64,000 nucleotides of DNA from a virus (IMGVR_UViG_3300047160_007939:32001-96000), one strand, 5' to 3'; counted from the first letter of the stretch, positions 1 through 10,800 are shown. The notes: generated by a model not told the origin, from the letters alone. Program-made: numbers and translations.

Positions 1-119
1 GCAACAGCAGCCGCCGCCGGGTTGCCGGTGATCGACGGAGCGTAGGTGAGCTGCCGGATGATGGGCGTGCCGGATTGGGTCTGCTCGACGGTGATCGGAA
101 TGTCGGTGGTCCAGCTCAT
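1..119 (-). CDS. hypothetical protein, 5' part only (runs off window; MSWTTDIPITVEQTQSG...)
   Basis: ATG at 119 preceded by AAGGAG RBS, directly downstream of the giant fibre gene; frame open to the window edge. Confidence 0.7.
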   Translation of the reverse strand, partial: MSWTTDIPITVEQTQSGTPIIRQLTYAPSITGNPAAAAV

Positions 120-129
120 CGCTGCTCCT

Positions 130-3100
130 TTAGGCTGTCATCGAAGTGTAAAGGGGCGCATACATGATGGTGTTGTTCACGTTCACCTTCAGCCAGCCCT
201 GCACCGTACCGGGCGTGGCTTTCGTGGACGCAGCCCCGAGCGCCGGATGCGTACCCGCCGCCTGATTGAAGCGGAAGATCGCCGCGTCCGTGATCGTGAC
301 GTTGGTGAGCGGAGTTGGCGCTTCGAGGTCGATGTAGTTGTGCCGCGTTACCGTCTGGGCAGCCGCCGCACTGTATCCAGGCCGGAGTGTCAGCGCGCTC
401 GCGTAACCGTCTGCCGGCGAGGTCGTAATCGCCGCTGTCTCCTGGACGTGGAGCATCATTGCCGGAGTAGCGTTCCCTACCCCGACCCAGCCACCGTTGT
501 CGTTCAGGATGATAGAACCCTTCGCTCCCGCTGTGCCTGCTCCAGCTCCGGCAAGCCCGCCACGGATGAGGACGTTCGCCCCGTTGCCGTTGGTCGTTGA
601 ACCTGCTCCACCAGCCCCAGCGGTGATGTTGACGGCTCCGCCGATGGCTCCGGTAACCGCTGCGCCGCCGCCGCCTCCGGCTCCCGCTGTGAAGGTGAGC
701 GCGCCGCCCGCCGATCCGACGTTCGTGCCGCTGTTGACACCACCCGCTCCGCCGATGAAGCTGCCGGCTCCGCCCACGCTCCCGCCCACCGAGTTCCCGC
801 AGGTGATTGGAATTGCTCCGCCGGCTCGAACCACGCTGCCGTCACCCCCGGCTGCGCCGGCAGTGATGGTCACCGTGCCGCCAGCTCCACCGCTGGCGAC
901 CGAAGATCCGGCTCGCCCGAGGAGACTGGCTCCGCCGCCGGCTCCACCGGAACCGGTTCCACCGACGCCAGCCGGCCCGCCCTGAAGGGTAGCCAGCCCA
1001 CCGGTTCCGCCGCCGGTGACACCCCCCACACCCCCAGCACCAGCAGTGAGGGTGATCGCGCCGCCGTTGCCGGCTACCTGCTGCGCGCCGGTCCCGTTGC
1101 TCTGATCGCCGCCCGCTCCGGCAGTGATCAGAACCGCGCCACCACCCCCGGCGTTGTTGTTGCCCGAGGTAGCGCCGGAAGCCGCGCCGCCTTTACCGAT
1201 GGTGAGGGTCCAACCGCCGCTGCCGCCGCCGGTGTTGTTGCCGGTCCCGGCAGTGGATGCCGCACCACCAGCCCCACCGGTCCATACGAACGCGCCGCCA
1301 GCCCCACCCTGCGCGTTGCCGGTATTGTTGTTGGCTGCGCCTCCTACCCCGGTCGTGCCGCTGAAGGATCCACCAGCTCCCCCTGTGTTGTTGCCGGAAG
1401 TCGCTCCGGTCGCCGCGCCACCTGCTCCGCCTGCGGCGCTCCAGGCGCTGCCTACCCCACCGATATTGGCTCCAGTCCCGGCAACCGTCGCCACACCTCC
1501 AACGGCAGGCGTAAACACCCAGCCGCCGGCTGGACCGCCCGTGGAAGAGACATCCGCATTCGGAGCTGTACCCGCCTGGGACCCCCAGAAGGTGATAGGC
1601 GCACCCGAGTTGGCAACCACCGTGCCGGTTTCCGCTCGCGGCCCTGCGCCGCCACCGGTGATGTAAAGAGCTGCCGAGGCAACGTTGCCGACCCCGATCC
1701 CGCACTTGATCTGGATGCTGCCGCCGCCACGAGGCACGCTGCCATCGCCGCCTGCGTCTCCGCAGAAGAGGATCAATCCGCCGCCGGCTCCACCGCTGCC
1801 AGTCGTGGAACCTCCCGCAGCACGAGCGTCGATACCTCCTCCGGCGCTGCCCACCGTTCCCGCTGCGGGTGCGCCCCCGCGCAGGTAACACATCCCGCCG
1901 ATATTGGTTTGCCCGGTGCTGTTCCCTGTGCCCGCCGTGCCACCGGACATGGTGACATTGCCGCCGTTCCCTCCGACCAACACCCCGCTGCCGAGGCTGG
2001 CCGCGCCACCTATGCCGCCGTAGAGCATGATCTGCCCGCCAGCACCCCCGGTGTTTGTGCCGCTCGATGCGCCGGAAGCCGCTCCGCCCGTGCCCCCGTA
2101 AGCCTGCCAGTTACCACCCAGCCCACCGGTGTTGGTTCCCGTACCAGCAACCTGGGCCGCTCCGCCTGTTCCAGCAGTCCAGGAGAACGGCCCTCCCCCG
2201 CCGCCGGTCGATGCGGTCGTTGCATAGAGCGCCTGCCCGCCGGCAGCCTGGATGACGTAAACCTGCCCGCCAATGCCACCGATACCCGTGGTAGCGATGC
2301 TGGTATTTCCACCACGGCCCGTGAGCGCATTGTTCAGGCGAAGGTAATCCTGCTGGGTCGTAGCCGGTGTCGTCGCCACGTCCGCTGGATTGAGCGCCTC
2401 GATCCGCAGCGCCGGGGGAGTGCCGGCTCCCGAAGCCAAGTTGATTGCCACCCCGCCGCTGATCGGGTAGAGCACAAGCTGACCGTACTGGCTCACCGAG
2501 AGGTCGGCATACTGCGTTCCGGCTGCCTGGGAGAGCCGGAGCTGCGGGTTTACCGCATCCACCACTTCGAGCGCCCTGGCCGGCACGCCGGTCGTGTTGA
2601 TACCCACCATCCCACCGGACGGCAGGATCCGCAGCATCCCGGACGATCCGGTGTAGAGGTCCGTGTTATGGGTCGCATCGTAGGTGAGCCGTGCCTGGGG
2701 GTTGCCGGTGCTGTCGAGCACCTCCAGAGCGCGCGTGGGCACGGTCACCGGCGCGGAAGCCGGCGGCATGTTCACGCCCAGCTTGCCGCTGGTCGCGTTG
2801 ACGACCCCGTTCCCACTGCTATCAACCTGGAATGACAGGCGCTGCGCTGCGGTGGTATCGTAGTCCAGCACGAGCTGCGGGTTGCCGCCAACACCCTGCC
2901 CACCGACCTCCAGCACCCCCTGGTTGGGAGTGAGGTTGATCCCGAGCGCGCCGGGTGTGCTCCCTGTGCCGACCGAGTTGACCTGCGCCTTTCCGCTGTT
3001 GTTGGCGATGAAGTCGAGGTAGGAAACGTCGGTGGTGTTGTTAACCCTGAATGCCGGCGTGCCGGCTGTTCCGCCTCCCTGCGCCTGGAGCGCCGGGCCG

Positions 3101-6100
3101 CTGCTCATCGTGGCGAAGCCGGTCGGCAGACCACCACAGGCGACGTGCCCCATCATCCAGGTATTGCCCGGCCCTGCCGCCGCGCCGATGGACAGCATCG
3201 TGTTGGCGTCCAGCTTCAGCTCGGTGTAGTGGACACCGTTGGTGAGCCGGAGCTGGGGAGCCGCCGTATCCACGAACTCGCCTCGGGCCGGGGGCGAGCC
3301 GGAAAGCGGCGTGTTACCAACCAGCAGGTGACCGGAGAGCGCGAGGTCCGTGCCGGCAGTGAAACGCGGGTCGTTGCCCTGGCAGACGGTATCCGCCGTG
3401 TTGCCGTAGGGAACTTCCTCCCAGCCGGTATTGGCCGCATTCACCTTCAGGAAGCCATTGGCGATGTTACTCGGCAGCGGGTTCCCGCCCAGCTTCGCCA
3501 CGGTCGGGTTCGGGTAAATCCCGGAGAGGTCGCCGCCGGCAGCACCCGAGGGAGGCAGGCCCGCCGTGAAGCGGCTGTCGTCGCCGGCTGCCAGCGTGCC
3601 GGCTACCTGCCCCTTCAGGAGCGTGGCAATCTGGGACACGGTGAGGTCCACCACGGCAGCCGAGCCGCTCGTGTTGTTCCCCTTCATCGTGTTGGCCGGT
3701 GCGTTGACCAGCATCGCGTTGGTCACCACGCCTGCCGCGATGGATGGGTTCGGGTACGTGCCGGTGAGCATTCCGCCTGCCGGCCCGGTCGGGTTGCGGC
3801 TGTCCGACAACCGGCTATCGTTGCCGATACAGAGCGTCGAGCCGGTCGTACCCGAAAGCATCCCGGAAACCTGGGCCACAGTCAGGTCGGTAGGAGAAGC
3901 AATCCCACCGGTGAGGTTGCCCTTCAGGGTGCTCGCCGCCATCGTAGCCAGCTTCGCGTTCCCTACCGATCCGGCGCTGATAGTCGGGTTCGGGTAAGTC
4001 CCGGTGAGGTCCCCGCCGGCTGCGCCTGTCGGCGTGCGACTGTCCGAGAGCCGGCTGTCGTTCCCTACACAGAGGGTCGAGCCGGTAGTTCCCGCCAGCA
4101 TCGTTGTCGTCTGCGCCACGGTGAGGTCGAGCGGAGCACCCGCCGAGGCGCTGTTGTTGCCCTTCAGCGTCGTGGCCGGCGAGCTGGCGTGCATCGCGTT
4201 CGTGACGACACCTGCCGCGATGGTAGGGTTGGGATAGGTCCCGGTGAGCGAACCGCCTGCCGCTCCGGTGGGATTGCGGCTGTCCGAAAGACGACTGTCG
4301 TTGCCGACGCAAAGGGTGGTCGCCGTCGTTCCGGCCAGCATCCCAGCCACCGTCGCCGTCGAGAGGTCGGTGGGAGACGCTACCCCTGCCGTGGAGTTGC
4401 CTTTGATCGTGGTCGCCGGAGCCGTGGCGAGCTTCGCATTGGTGATCGCTCCCGCGTTCACGGTCGGGTTCGGGTACGTGCCTCCCAGGTCCCCACCCGC
4501 AGCACCCATCGGGATCCGGCTATCCGAGAGCCGGGCATCGTTCCCCACGCAGAGCGTTGTGCCTGTGTTCCCAGCCAGAAGCGCGCTCACCTGGGTCACG
4601 GTCAGATCCGCCGGCACGCCGGCCACGGCAGCGTTGTTCCCCTTCAGGGAGTAGCCGGCAGCGTTCGCCAGCTTCGCATTCGTGATGGCTCCCGCCGTGA
4701 CAGTCGGGTTCGGGTACGTCCCGGTGAGGTCACCACCCGCTACCCCGTTCGGCGGGCTGGGAGCGCCGAAGCGCGCGTCGTTGCCGAAGGCCAGCGTGTT
4801 CGCCGTCGTGCCGCCCAGGAGGTTCGCTACCTGGGAGATGGACAGGTCAACGGGAGCCACCGGAACACCGGTGTTGTTCCCCTTCAGCGAGTTGGCCGGT
4901 GAGTTCGCGTGCATCGCGTTCGTCACCACGCCAGCGGCAATCACCGGGTTCGGGTAGGTCCCGGAGAGCGAGCCTCCCGCGTTTCCGGTCGGGTTCCGGC
5001 TGTCGGAGAGCCGCGCATCATTGCCGACGCAGAGGCTGGTTCCGGTCGTGCCCTGGAGCATCGCCGACACCTGCGCCGAGGTCAGGTCCAGCGGTACGGC
5101 GGCTGCGCCGGTGTTGTTGCCTTTCAGCGAGTTGGCCGCTGCATTGGCAAGCTTCGCGTTCGTGATGGCTCCCGAGGCGACGGTAGGGTTGGGGTACGTC
5201 CCGGACAGGTCCCCACCTGCCGCACCCGAAGGAGCGCGGCTGTCGGAGAGCCGGCTGTCGTTACCCTGGCAAACGGTATTCGCCACCGAACCGTAAGCCG
5301 CTTCCTCCCAGCCGGTGTTGCCCGAGTTCCGCTTCAGGAAACCGTTGGCCGCGTTGACGGGCAGCGCGCTCCCACCCAGGCCGGCGACGGTCGGGCCGGG
5401 GTATGCGCCGGCCAGATCCCCACTGGCTGCGCCGCTCGGTGGCCCGCCGCCGCCGAAGCGCGGATCGTTGCCTGCCGCCAGCGTTCCGGCTGTTGTCCCA
5501 GCCAGAAGGTTCGCGGTCTGGGCCACGGTCATATCCACCGGGGCTGCCGCCGCTCCGGTGTTGTTGCCCTTTACCGAGAGTGCGGGGGAGTTGGCGTGCA
5601 TCGCGTTCGTCACGACCCCCGCCGCAATCACCGGGTTGGGATAGGTTCCCGAGAGCGAGCCGCCGGCAGCGCCCGTGGGCGCGCGACTATCCGAAAGCCG
5701 GCTGTCGTTGCCGATGCAAAGGGTTGTGCTCGTGGTCCCCGAGAGCATTGCCGCTGCCTGGGCCACAGTGAGGTCAAGCGCGTTCGCCAGCCCTGCGGTG
5801 TTGTTCCCCTTCAGCGTGCCGGCAGCCATCTGCGCGGCCTTCGCGTTGGTGACCGCATTGGATGCGATGACCGGGTTGGGATAGCTGCCCGAAAGGTCCC
5901 CGCCTGCGCTCCCGGTCGGCGTTCTGCTGTCGGAAAGCCGGCTGTCGTTCCCCTGCGCCACGGTGTTGGCTGCCGTGCCGTAGGTAACTTCCTCCCAGGC
6001 TGTGCCTGCCGCGTTGACCTTCAGAAAGCCGCCCGCGACAATGGCCGGCAGGTTGCTTCCCTGAAGACCGCGCACCGTTGGGTTCGGGTACGCGCCAGTC

Positions 6101-7929
6101 AGGTCGCCGCCGGCAGCTCCCGTTGGCGTTCGGCTGTCGGAGAGCCGGCTGTCATTGCCGATGCAGAGCGTTGTGCCTGTTGTCCCAGCGAGAAGGGCGG
6201 AAGCCTGGGCCACAGACAGATCAGCAGGAGCCGCCGCCGCGCCGGTGTTGTTCCCTTTGATCGTAAGAGCCGGCGCATTCGCCAGCTTCGCGTTCGTGAC
6301 TGCGCCTGCGGCCACCACCGGGTTGGGGTAGGTCCCACCCAGGTCGCCGCCCGCATTACCGGATGGCGCGCGGCTGTCCGAGAGCCTCGTATCGTTCCCC
6401 TGACAGACGGTGTTGCCGCCCACGCCGTAGGTGACTTCCTCCCAACCGGTGTTACCGGGGTTTCGCTTCAGGAAGCCGCTGCCCATATTCGCCGGCAAGC
6501 CGGATCCGCCCAGCCCACCCACGGTCGGGTTGGGGTACGTGCCGGCGAGGTCCCCGCCGGCAGCCCCGGTCGGTGGACCCCCGCTCCCGAAGCGCGGGTC
6601 GTTGCCCGCTGCCAGCGTGCCGGCAGTCGTGCCGGTGAGCATCGTCGCGGTCTGGGCGATGGTGAGGTCGGAAGGAGCGGCAGCTACCCCGGTGTTGTTG
6701 CCCTTCAGGGTGTTGGCCGGGCTGTTGGCGTGCTTCGCGTTGGTGATCGCTCCCACTGCCACGGTCGGGTTCGGGTAGGTTCCCGCGAGGTCGCCACCCG
6801 CAGCCCCGGTGGGAGGTCCCCCCGAACCAAACCGTGGATCGTTTCCCGCTGCCAGCGTGCCGGCTGTAGAGCCTGCCAGCATTCCGGCTACCTGGGAAAC
6901 GGTGAGGTCCTGGGGAGCTGCCGCCGAAGCCGTCGAGTTTCCTTTCAGCGTGGTGGCCGGAGAGTTGGCGTGCTTCGCGTTGGTGATCGCGCCGTTCGCC
7001 ACGGTGGGATTGGGGTACGTCCCGGTGAGGTCGCCGCCGGCAGCGCCGCTCGGTGGTCCACCCTGGCCGAAGCGCGCGTCGTTCCCTGCCGCGAGCGTCC
7101 CTGCCGTCGTCCCCGCGAGAAGAGCGGCAGCCTGGGCCACCGTAAGATCGGTGGGAGATGCCACGCCTGCCGTCGCGTTACCTTTGATCGTGCCTGCCGG
7201 AGCCGTCGCCAGCTTGCCGTTGGTCACCACCCCGCTGCCGAGGGTCGGGTTGGGGTACGTCCCGGTCAAGTCTCCGCCTGCGTTCCCAGATGGAGCGCGG
7301 CTGTCCGAGAGCCGGGCGTCGTTCCCCTGCGCGACGGTGTTGGCCGCGTTGCCGTATCCCACTTCCTCCCACCCGGTCCCACCGGCGTTCCGCTTCAGGA
7401 AGCCGTTGTTGACGCTCGCCGGCAGCACCCCGCCCTGCAAGCCGGTGACGGTGGGACCGGGAAAGTTGCCGCCGAGGTCACCGGAAGCCGGCCCGGTGGG
7501 AGGCACGGGAGGCAGGTTGGCGTAGTTCGTCGCGCTGATGGTCCCGAGGATGGTGACGTTGCCCTGGAAGGTGCTCGCGCCGCCGGAAGGCGCAATGATA
7601 GCGTTACCATTGGCATCGGCGGAGAACTCCGCGTAGTGGGTCCCGTCCCTGGTGAGGCGAAGCTGGGGATCCGCGCCGTCGATGACTTCGAGCGCCCTGG
7701 CGGGAGCCTGGGTCGCCGGTACGTTGATGCCGGTCTTGCCGCCGAGGGGGATGACGCGCAGGTTGCCTGCCGCGTCTACGTTCAGGTCGGAGTAGTGCGC
7801 GGCATCGTGCATCAGCCGCGCCTGGGGCAGCGCGCCATCCGTGATCTTCAGCCCGCCGGAGAAGACGTTCGTCCCATCCAGCTCCTGAAGCATCTGGCTG
7901 GTGCGCGATCGTACAGAGGGAACAGCCAT
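130..7929 (-). CDS. giant repeat-containing virion/tail-fibre-like protein (2599 aa)
   Basis: 18 copies of a GG(D/S)LxGxYPNP-anchored 70-80 aa repeat, PQLRL beta-repeats and a long poly-Gly C-terminal region; located downstream of the portal. Confidence 0.75.
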   Translation of the reverse strand: MAVPSVRSRTSQMLQELDGTNVFSGGLKITDGALPQARLMHDAAHYSDLNVDAAGNLRVIPLGGKTGINVPATQAPARALEVIDGADPQLRLTRDGTHYAEFSADANGNAIIAPSGGASTFQGNVTILGTISATNYANLPPVPPTGPASGDLGGNFPGPTVTGLQGGVLPASVNNGFLKRNAGGTGWEEVGYGNAANTVAQGNDARLSDSRAPSGNAGGDLTGTYPNPTLGSGVVTNGKLATAPAGTIKGNATAGVASPTDLTVAQAAALLAGTTAGTLAAGNDARFGQGGPPSGAAGGDLTGTYPNPTVANGAITNAKHANSPATTLKGNSTASAAAPQDLTVSQVAGMLAGSTAGTLAAGNDPRFGSGGPPTGAAGGDLAGTYPNPTVAVGAITNAKHANSPANTLKGNNTGVAAAPSDLTIAQTATMLTGTTAGTLAAGNDPRFGSGGPPTGAAGGDLAGTYPNPTVGGLGGSGLPANMGSGFLKRNPGNTGWEEVTYGVGGNTVCQGNDTRLSDSRAPSGNAGGDLGGTYPNPVVAAGAVTNAKLANAPALTIKGNNTGAAAAPADLSVAQASALLAGTTGTTLCIGNDSRLSDSRTPTGAAGGDLTGAYPNPTVRGLQGSNLPAIVAGGFLKVNAAGTAWEEVTYGTAANTVAQGNDSRLSDSRTPTGSAGGDLSGSYPNPVIASNAVTNAKAAQMAAGTLKGNNTAGLANALDLTVAQAAAMLSGTTSTTLCIGNDSRLSDSRAPTGAAGGSLSGTYPNPVIAAGVVTNAMHANSPALSVKGNNTGAAAAPVDMTVAQTANLLAGTTAGTLAAGNDPRFGGGGPPSGAASGDLAGAYPGPTVAGLGGSALPVNAANGFLKRNSGNTGWEEAAYGSVANTVCQGNDSRLSDSRAPSGAAGGDLSGTYPNPTVASGAITNAKLANAAANSLKGNNTGAAAVPLDLTSAQVSAMLQGTTGTSLCVGNDARLSDSRNPTGNAGGSLSGTYPNPVIAAGVVTNAMHANSPANSLKGNNTGVPVAPVDLSISQVANLLGGTTANTLAFGNDARFGAPSPPNGVAGGDLTGTYPNPTVTAGAITNAKLANAAGYSLKGNNAAVAGVPADLTVTQVSALLAGNTGTTLCVGNDARLSDSRIPMGAAGGDLGGTYPNPTVNAGAITNAKLATAPATTIKGNSTAGVASPTDLSTATVAGMLAGTTATTLCVGNDSRLSDSRNPTGAAGGSLTGTYPNPTIAAGVVTNAMHASSPATTLKGNNSASAGAPLDLTVAQTTTMLAGTTGSTLCVGNDSRLSDSRTPTGAAGGDLTGTYPNPTISAGSVGNAKLATMAASTLKGNLTGGIASPTDLTVAQVSGMLSGTTGSTLCIGNDSRLSDSRNPTGPAGGMLTGTYPNPSIAAGVVTNAMLVNAPANTMKGNNTSGSAAVVDLTVSQIATLLKGQVAGTLAAGDDSRFTAGLPPSGAAGGDLSGIYPNPTVAKLGGNPLPSNIANGFLKVNAANTGWEEVPYGNTADTVCQGNDPRFTAGTDLALSGHLLVGNTPLSGSPPARGEFVDTAAPQLRLTNGVHYTELKLDANTMLSIGAAAGPGNTWMMGHVACGGLPTGFATMSSGPALQAQGGGTAGTPAFRVNNTTDVSYLDFIANNSGKAQVNSVGTGSTPGALGINLTPNQGVLEVGGQGVGGNPQLVLDYDTTAAQRLSFQVDSSGNGVVNATSGKLGVNMPPASAPVTVPTRALEVLDSTGNPQARLTYDATHNTDLYTGSSGMLRILPSGGMVGINTTGVPARALEVVDAVNPQLRLSQAAGTQYADLSVSQYGQLVLYPISGGVAINLASGAGTPPALRIEALNPADVATTPATTQQDYLRLNNALTGRGGNTSIATTGIGGIGGQVYVIQAAGGQALYATTASTGGGGGPFSWTAGTGGAAQVAGTGTNTGGLGGNWQAYGGTGGAASGASSGTNTGGAGGQIMLYGGIGGAASLGSGVLVGGNGGNVTMSGGTAGTGNSTGQTNIGGMCYLRGGAPAAGTVGSAGGGIDARAAGGSTTGSGGAGGGLILFCGDAGGDGSVPRGGGSIQIKCGIGVGNVASAALYITGGGAGPRAETGTVVANSGAPITFWGSQAGTAPNADVSSTGGPAGGWVFTPAVGGVATVAGTGANIGGVGSAWSAAGGAGGAATGATSGNNTGGAGGSFSGTTGVGGAANNNTGNAQGGAGGAFVWTGGAGGAASTAGTGNNTGGGSGGWTLTIGKGGAASGATSGNNNAGGGGAVLITAGAGGDQSNGTGAQQVAGNGGAITLTAGAGGVGGVTGGGTGGLATLQGGPAGVGGTGSGGAGGGASLLGRAGSSVASGGAGGTVTITAGAAGGDGSVVRAGGAIPITCGNSVGGSVGGAGSFIGGAGGVNSGTNVGSAGGALTFTAGAGGGGGAAVTGAIGGAVNITAGAGGAGSTTNGNGANVLIRGGLAGAGAGTAGAKGSIILNDNGGWVGVGNATPAMMLHVQETAAITTSPADGYASALTLRPGYSAAAAQTVTRHNYIDLEAPTPLTNVTITDAAIFRFNQAAGTHPALGAASTKATPGTVQGWLKVNVNNTIMYAPLYTSMTA

Positions 7930-7935
7930 CGTTTA

Positions 7936-8289
7936 CTACTCCTGCCGGATAAACGGTCCCCTGAAGGTCGGCTGCGGATCGGGCCGGCCAGCCGGCTCCG
8001 CCTCCACCGGCTTCGACATCATCCCACCGGGAGCTGCCCTCGGCTGCCAGTTCGGGTCGGGCACGAAGGCCGGCCCTGCCGCTCGCGGCGCAGGAGCGCG
8101 TGGAACCCGGTACTCTCCGCCGAAGGAGCGCGCGTTGACTGCCTGGGGAGTGATCACCCCATCCTTCTCCTGCATCGTGTGGAGAAGCCCGCGCGACCGG
8201 CGCATCTTGTCGCGGTTCCAGCTCCTCTGGTCCACCTTCGATGCGCCGCCTCCGCCGAGCAGCGCCCTCAATCGTTCCTGCGGTGTCAT
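7936..8289 (-). CDS. hypothetical protein (117 aa)
   Basis: ATGA overlap with the portal stop; same operon orientation. Confidence 0.6.
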   Translation of the reverse strand: MTPQERLRALLGGGGASKVDQRSWNRDKMRRSRGLLHTMQEKDGVITPQAVNARSFGGEYRVPRAPAPRAAGPAFVPDPNWQPRAAPGGMMSKPVEAEPAGRPDPQPTFRGPFIRQE

Positions 8290-10334
8290 TCGTCCCTCGG
8301 AGAGATGCGAACCGTGCAGCGGTGCAGGTTGTATCCGGCTGCTACCCCAGCCTCAAAGGACTTTCCGAACGGCTTCTTCGGCTTGCCCGGCTTGCCCGGC
8401 TTGCCGGATCTTCCGGCTGGGCCGGCTGGCCGGCGGGCTTCCTCCTGCTTCTGGCGGAGCAGCGAGGCGTCCTCGGCCATCGGGATCCGCATCACGGAAG
8501 CTTCCCTGTCATCCGCCTGGGCATTCTGCCGCTGGAGCTGCATTTGCTGCTCGTTGTCGGCCATCTGCTGCATCTGCTGCTGCGCGCCCTGCTGGTTCGC
8601 CTGCTGCATCTGGTTGTCCGCGTCACTCTGGCTCTGGGCCATCTGGCCCATCTCACCCTGCGCCTGCTGCGCCGCACCCAGGTTGTGATCGCTCGCCCAT
8701 ATCTGAAGCATCCCCGGATTGCCTGCCGGCGCGTCCGCGTAGTCGCCCAGCTCGCCACCCATGTCGGAGTAGGTCTTCAGCACCGCCTCCTGGCGCGCTT
8801 CCTCGGTGGCAAACCACCGCTTCGTGTACTGCTTCCTGATGGCGTTCCAGAGCACGATGTCCTTCGGATCGTAGACCGGCGGCAGATCCCGCAGCGTCCT
8901 GATCTGGTTCATCGTGTAGCCGTTGGCGAGCCGCTCGGCGTCGAGCTGCTGCTCCAGCAGGTACGCCGGGTCGTAGTTGCTCTCCAGGCCCTGGACCACC
9001 AGCTCGAAGTCAGGATTGATCTTGGTGACGACGTTCTTGGAAAAGAACTGGCAGAGGAAGAGCACCTTCGGGATAAGCCCTTTGTGCTGGCTCTGCATAA
9101 AGGTGCTCTCCGGGTCGGGCATCTGTAGAGCCGAACTCGGCCCTCCGAACCCGGAGAACCCGAACTCCTCGGGAGCAATCTGGAAGACGGCTGCGGTGAG
9201 CGCCACGCAGAACTCGATGTAGGCCCTGAAGACCATATCCATCCGGGCGCGATCCATCATCTGGACCCACTGCGCGCCGGAGACACCCTGGCCGGGAGGC
9301 GTCCGCAGGACGGGGAACTTGTACTCCCCGCCGACCATAAATCCTACATCCTGGGTTAGCAGTTGCTGCAAACCATCGAGCTGGTCTTTCCCGTAGTGCC
9401 CGATGAGGTTCAGGATGCCGAACGGGATGTGGCTGTCGGTGAAGTAGTCCTTATTGTGGCGCACGGCGTAGATGACGCCCAGCACCGCATCGAGGCACTG
9501 CTGCACCTCGCTCTTGCCGTAGCCGAAGGAGGCGAAGTCGGTACGAGGATTGCGGATCCCCATGTCGCCTTCGTCCCACTTGTACTCGCGCACCACGCCC
9601 CAGTACGAGGTGGGATCGAGCATCGCGTAGACGATCTGGCCCGCGAGGTCGGGCCGCATCTTCGGCACGTACTCCTGGCTGTCCACCTTTCGCATCAGCG
9701 CGCCGTCTTCGGCAGCGAAGAACATCACCGGGTTGTCGCGCTTGCCGGCGATAGGGATGGAGCCTTCGATGCTGATGAAGATCCGGTCGATCACCAGCAT
9801 GTCCAGGATGACTTTGCGAAGGCAGGTGTCGAAACTGTCGGCTTTTCTCCGGTCGTGGCTGTCCCACACTGCCGGCTCGCCAGTGATCGGGTTCTCGCGC
9901 AGGATGCCGCCGTGCCGCAGGATCAGCTCGATGCGCTTCGCTTCGTTGGCCGCTGGCTCGGTCAGCTCTTTCTGCCGGTCGCGCTGAACCACCCGCATCC
10001 CGATGGCATTCTCGTGCGCGGGTTCGCGGAAGTGCGCTACAATCTGGTTTACCAGGGTGAAGAGAACCGCCTGGATGACGAGGTTCTTGTCAGCGAGGCG
10101 ACGGAGCAGGCTCGGCTCCAGGTGGGGCGTCTGGTCGTCCAGGATGCCGCTGTGGGTACGGGAGTAGCGGCGGATCTGGTCGTAGCGGCGGTCAGGGACC
10201 CAGCGAGGGCGAAGACCCCCGCCGGCTGCCTTCATCATCTGCTCGGCATAGGCAGCGAGCGCCTCGGTGGGCTGCCCGCCCGTGCCGACCATTCCCTGAT
10301 CGAACAGGCTTCCGCTGACGGCCAGCGGTGGCAT
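8286..10334 (-). CDS. phage portal protein
   Basis: Portal-type segment RNPRTD..GYGKSEV...NKDYF....PFGILNL, later IAPEEFGF and KGLIP motifs; Gln-rich C-terminal tail; 682 aa. Confidence 0.8.
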   Translation of the reverse strand: MPPLAVSGSLFDQGMVGTGGQPTEALAAYAEQMMKAAGGGLRPRWVPDRRYDQIRRYSRTHSGILDDQTPHLEPSLLRRLADKNLVIQAVLFTLVNQIVAHFREPAHENAIGMRVVQRDRQKELTEPAANEAKRIELILRHGGILRENPITGEPAVWDSHDRRKADSFDTCLRKVILDMLVIDRIFISIEGSIPIAGKRDNPVMFFAAEDGALMRKVDSQEYVPKMRPDLAGQIVYAMLDPTSYWGVVREYKWDEGDMGIRNPRTDFASFGYGKSEVQQCLDAVLGVIYAVRHNKDYFTDSHIPFGILNLIGHYGKDQLDGLQQLLTQDVGFMVGGEYKFPVLRTPPGQGVSGAQWVQMMDRARMDMVFRAYIEFCVALTAAVFQIAPEEFGFSGFGGPSSALQMPDPESTFMQSQHKGLIPKVLFLCQFFSKNVVTKINPDFELVVQGLESNYDPAYLLEQQLDAERLANGYTMNQIRTLRDLPPVYDPKDIVLWNAIRKQYTKRWFATEEARQEAVLKTYSDMGGELGDYADAPAGNPGMLQIWASDHNLGAAQQAQGEMGQMAQSQSDADNQMQQANQQGAQQQMQQMADNEQQMQLQRQNAQADDREASVMRIPMAEDASLLRQKQEEARRPAGPAGRSGKPGKPGKPKKPFGKSFEAGVAAGYNLHRCTVRISPRDE

Positions 10335-10365
10335 AGGAGAACCTAACTCCCGAACGATTGATTAA

Positions 10366-10791
10366 CTACTGAACCCGCTCGTAGCGGCCCACGATGTCCA
10401 TTGTCCCGGCAGCCATCGTCATCACGCGAAGCGCGTGCCGGTAACCGGGGTATGCCGCAGTTCGGACGACCTGCCTGCCCCCTACGGTGAGGGTCACGGT
10501 GTCGGCGAGCATCTCCACGGCAGCCCCTGCGGGCACGAGGTTCGTCTGCTGGCCGGCTGGCGGGATCAAGCCGGTGGTAGCGTCCACCATGATCTGGGAG
10601 AGGTCGTCGTTTCGGATGAGGCACAATTGTAGCGTGGCACTTGCGCCTCCGGCGAGGTTCAGCTCCCAGACACAGCTATCGTAGAGCGAGTTGGGCGGCA
10701 GGTAGCGCGCAGGCGAAAGAAGCGCCGGCAGCGCCGCGTCCGCGCCCATCCCCGTTCCCAATCCCCGCCTGGGTCCGACTAGCCTCGCCAT
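10366..10791 (-). CDS. hypothetical protein (141 aa)
   Basis: GGAGG-type RBS; lies between the zinc-ribbon gene and the portal. Confidence 0.6.
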   Translation of the reverse strand: MARLVGPRRGLGTGMGADAALPALLSPARYLPPNSLYDSCVWELNLAGGASATLQLCLIRNDDLSQIMVDATTGLIPPAGQQTNLVPAGAAVEMLADTVTLTVGGRQVVRTAAYPGYRHALRVMTMAAGTMDIVGRYERVQ

Positions 10792-10800
10792 CGCGCCCTC

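Noticed and set aside
130-7929. Diversity-generating retroelement target
   Set aside because: No reverse transcriptase and no adenine-specific TR/VR pair seen; repeats differ mainly at synonymous sites
3145-8688. Long + strand ORFs (585 aa, 1259 aa) and similar antisense ORFs throughout
   Set aside because: Shadow frames of GC-rich genes; Arg-rich, no motifs or RBS
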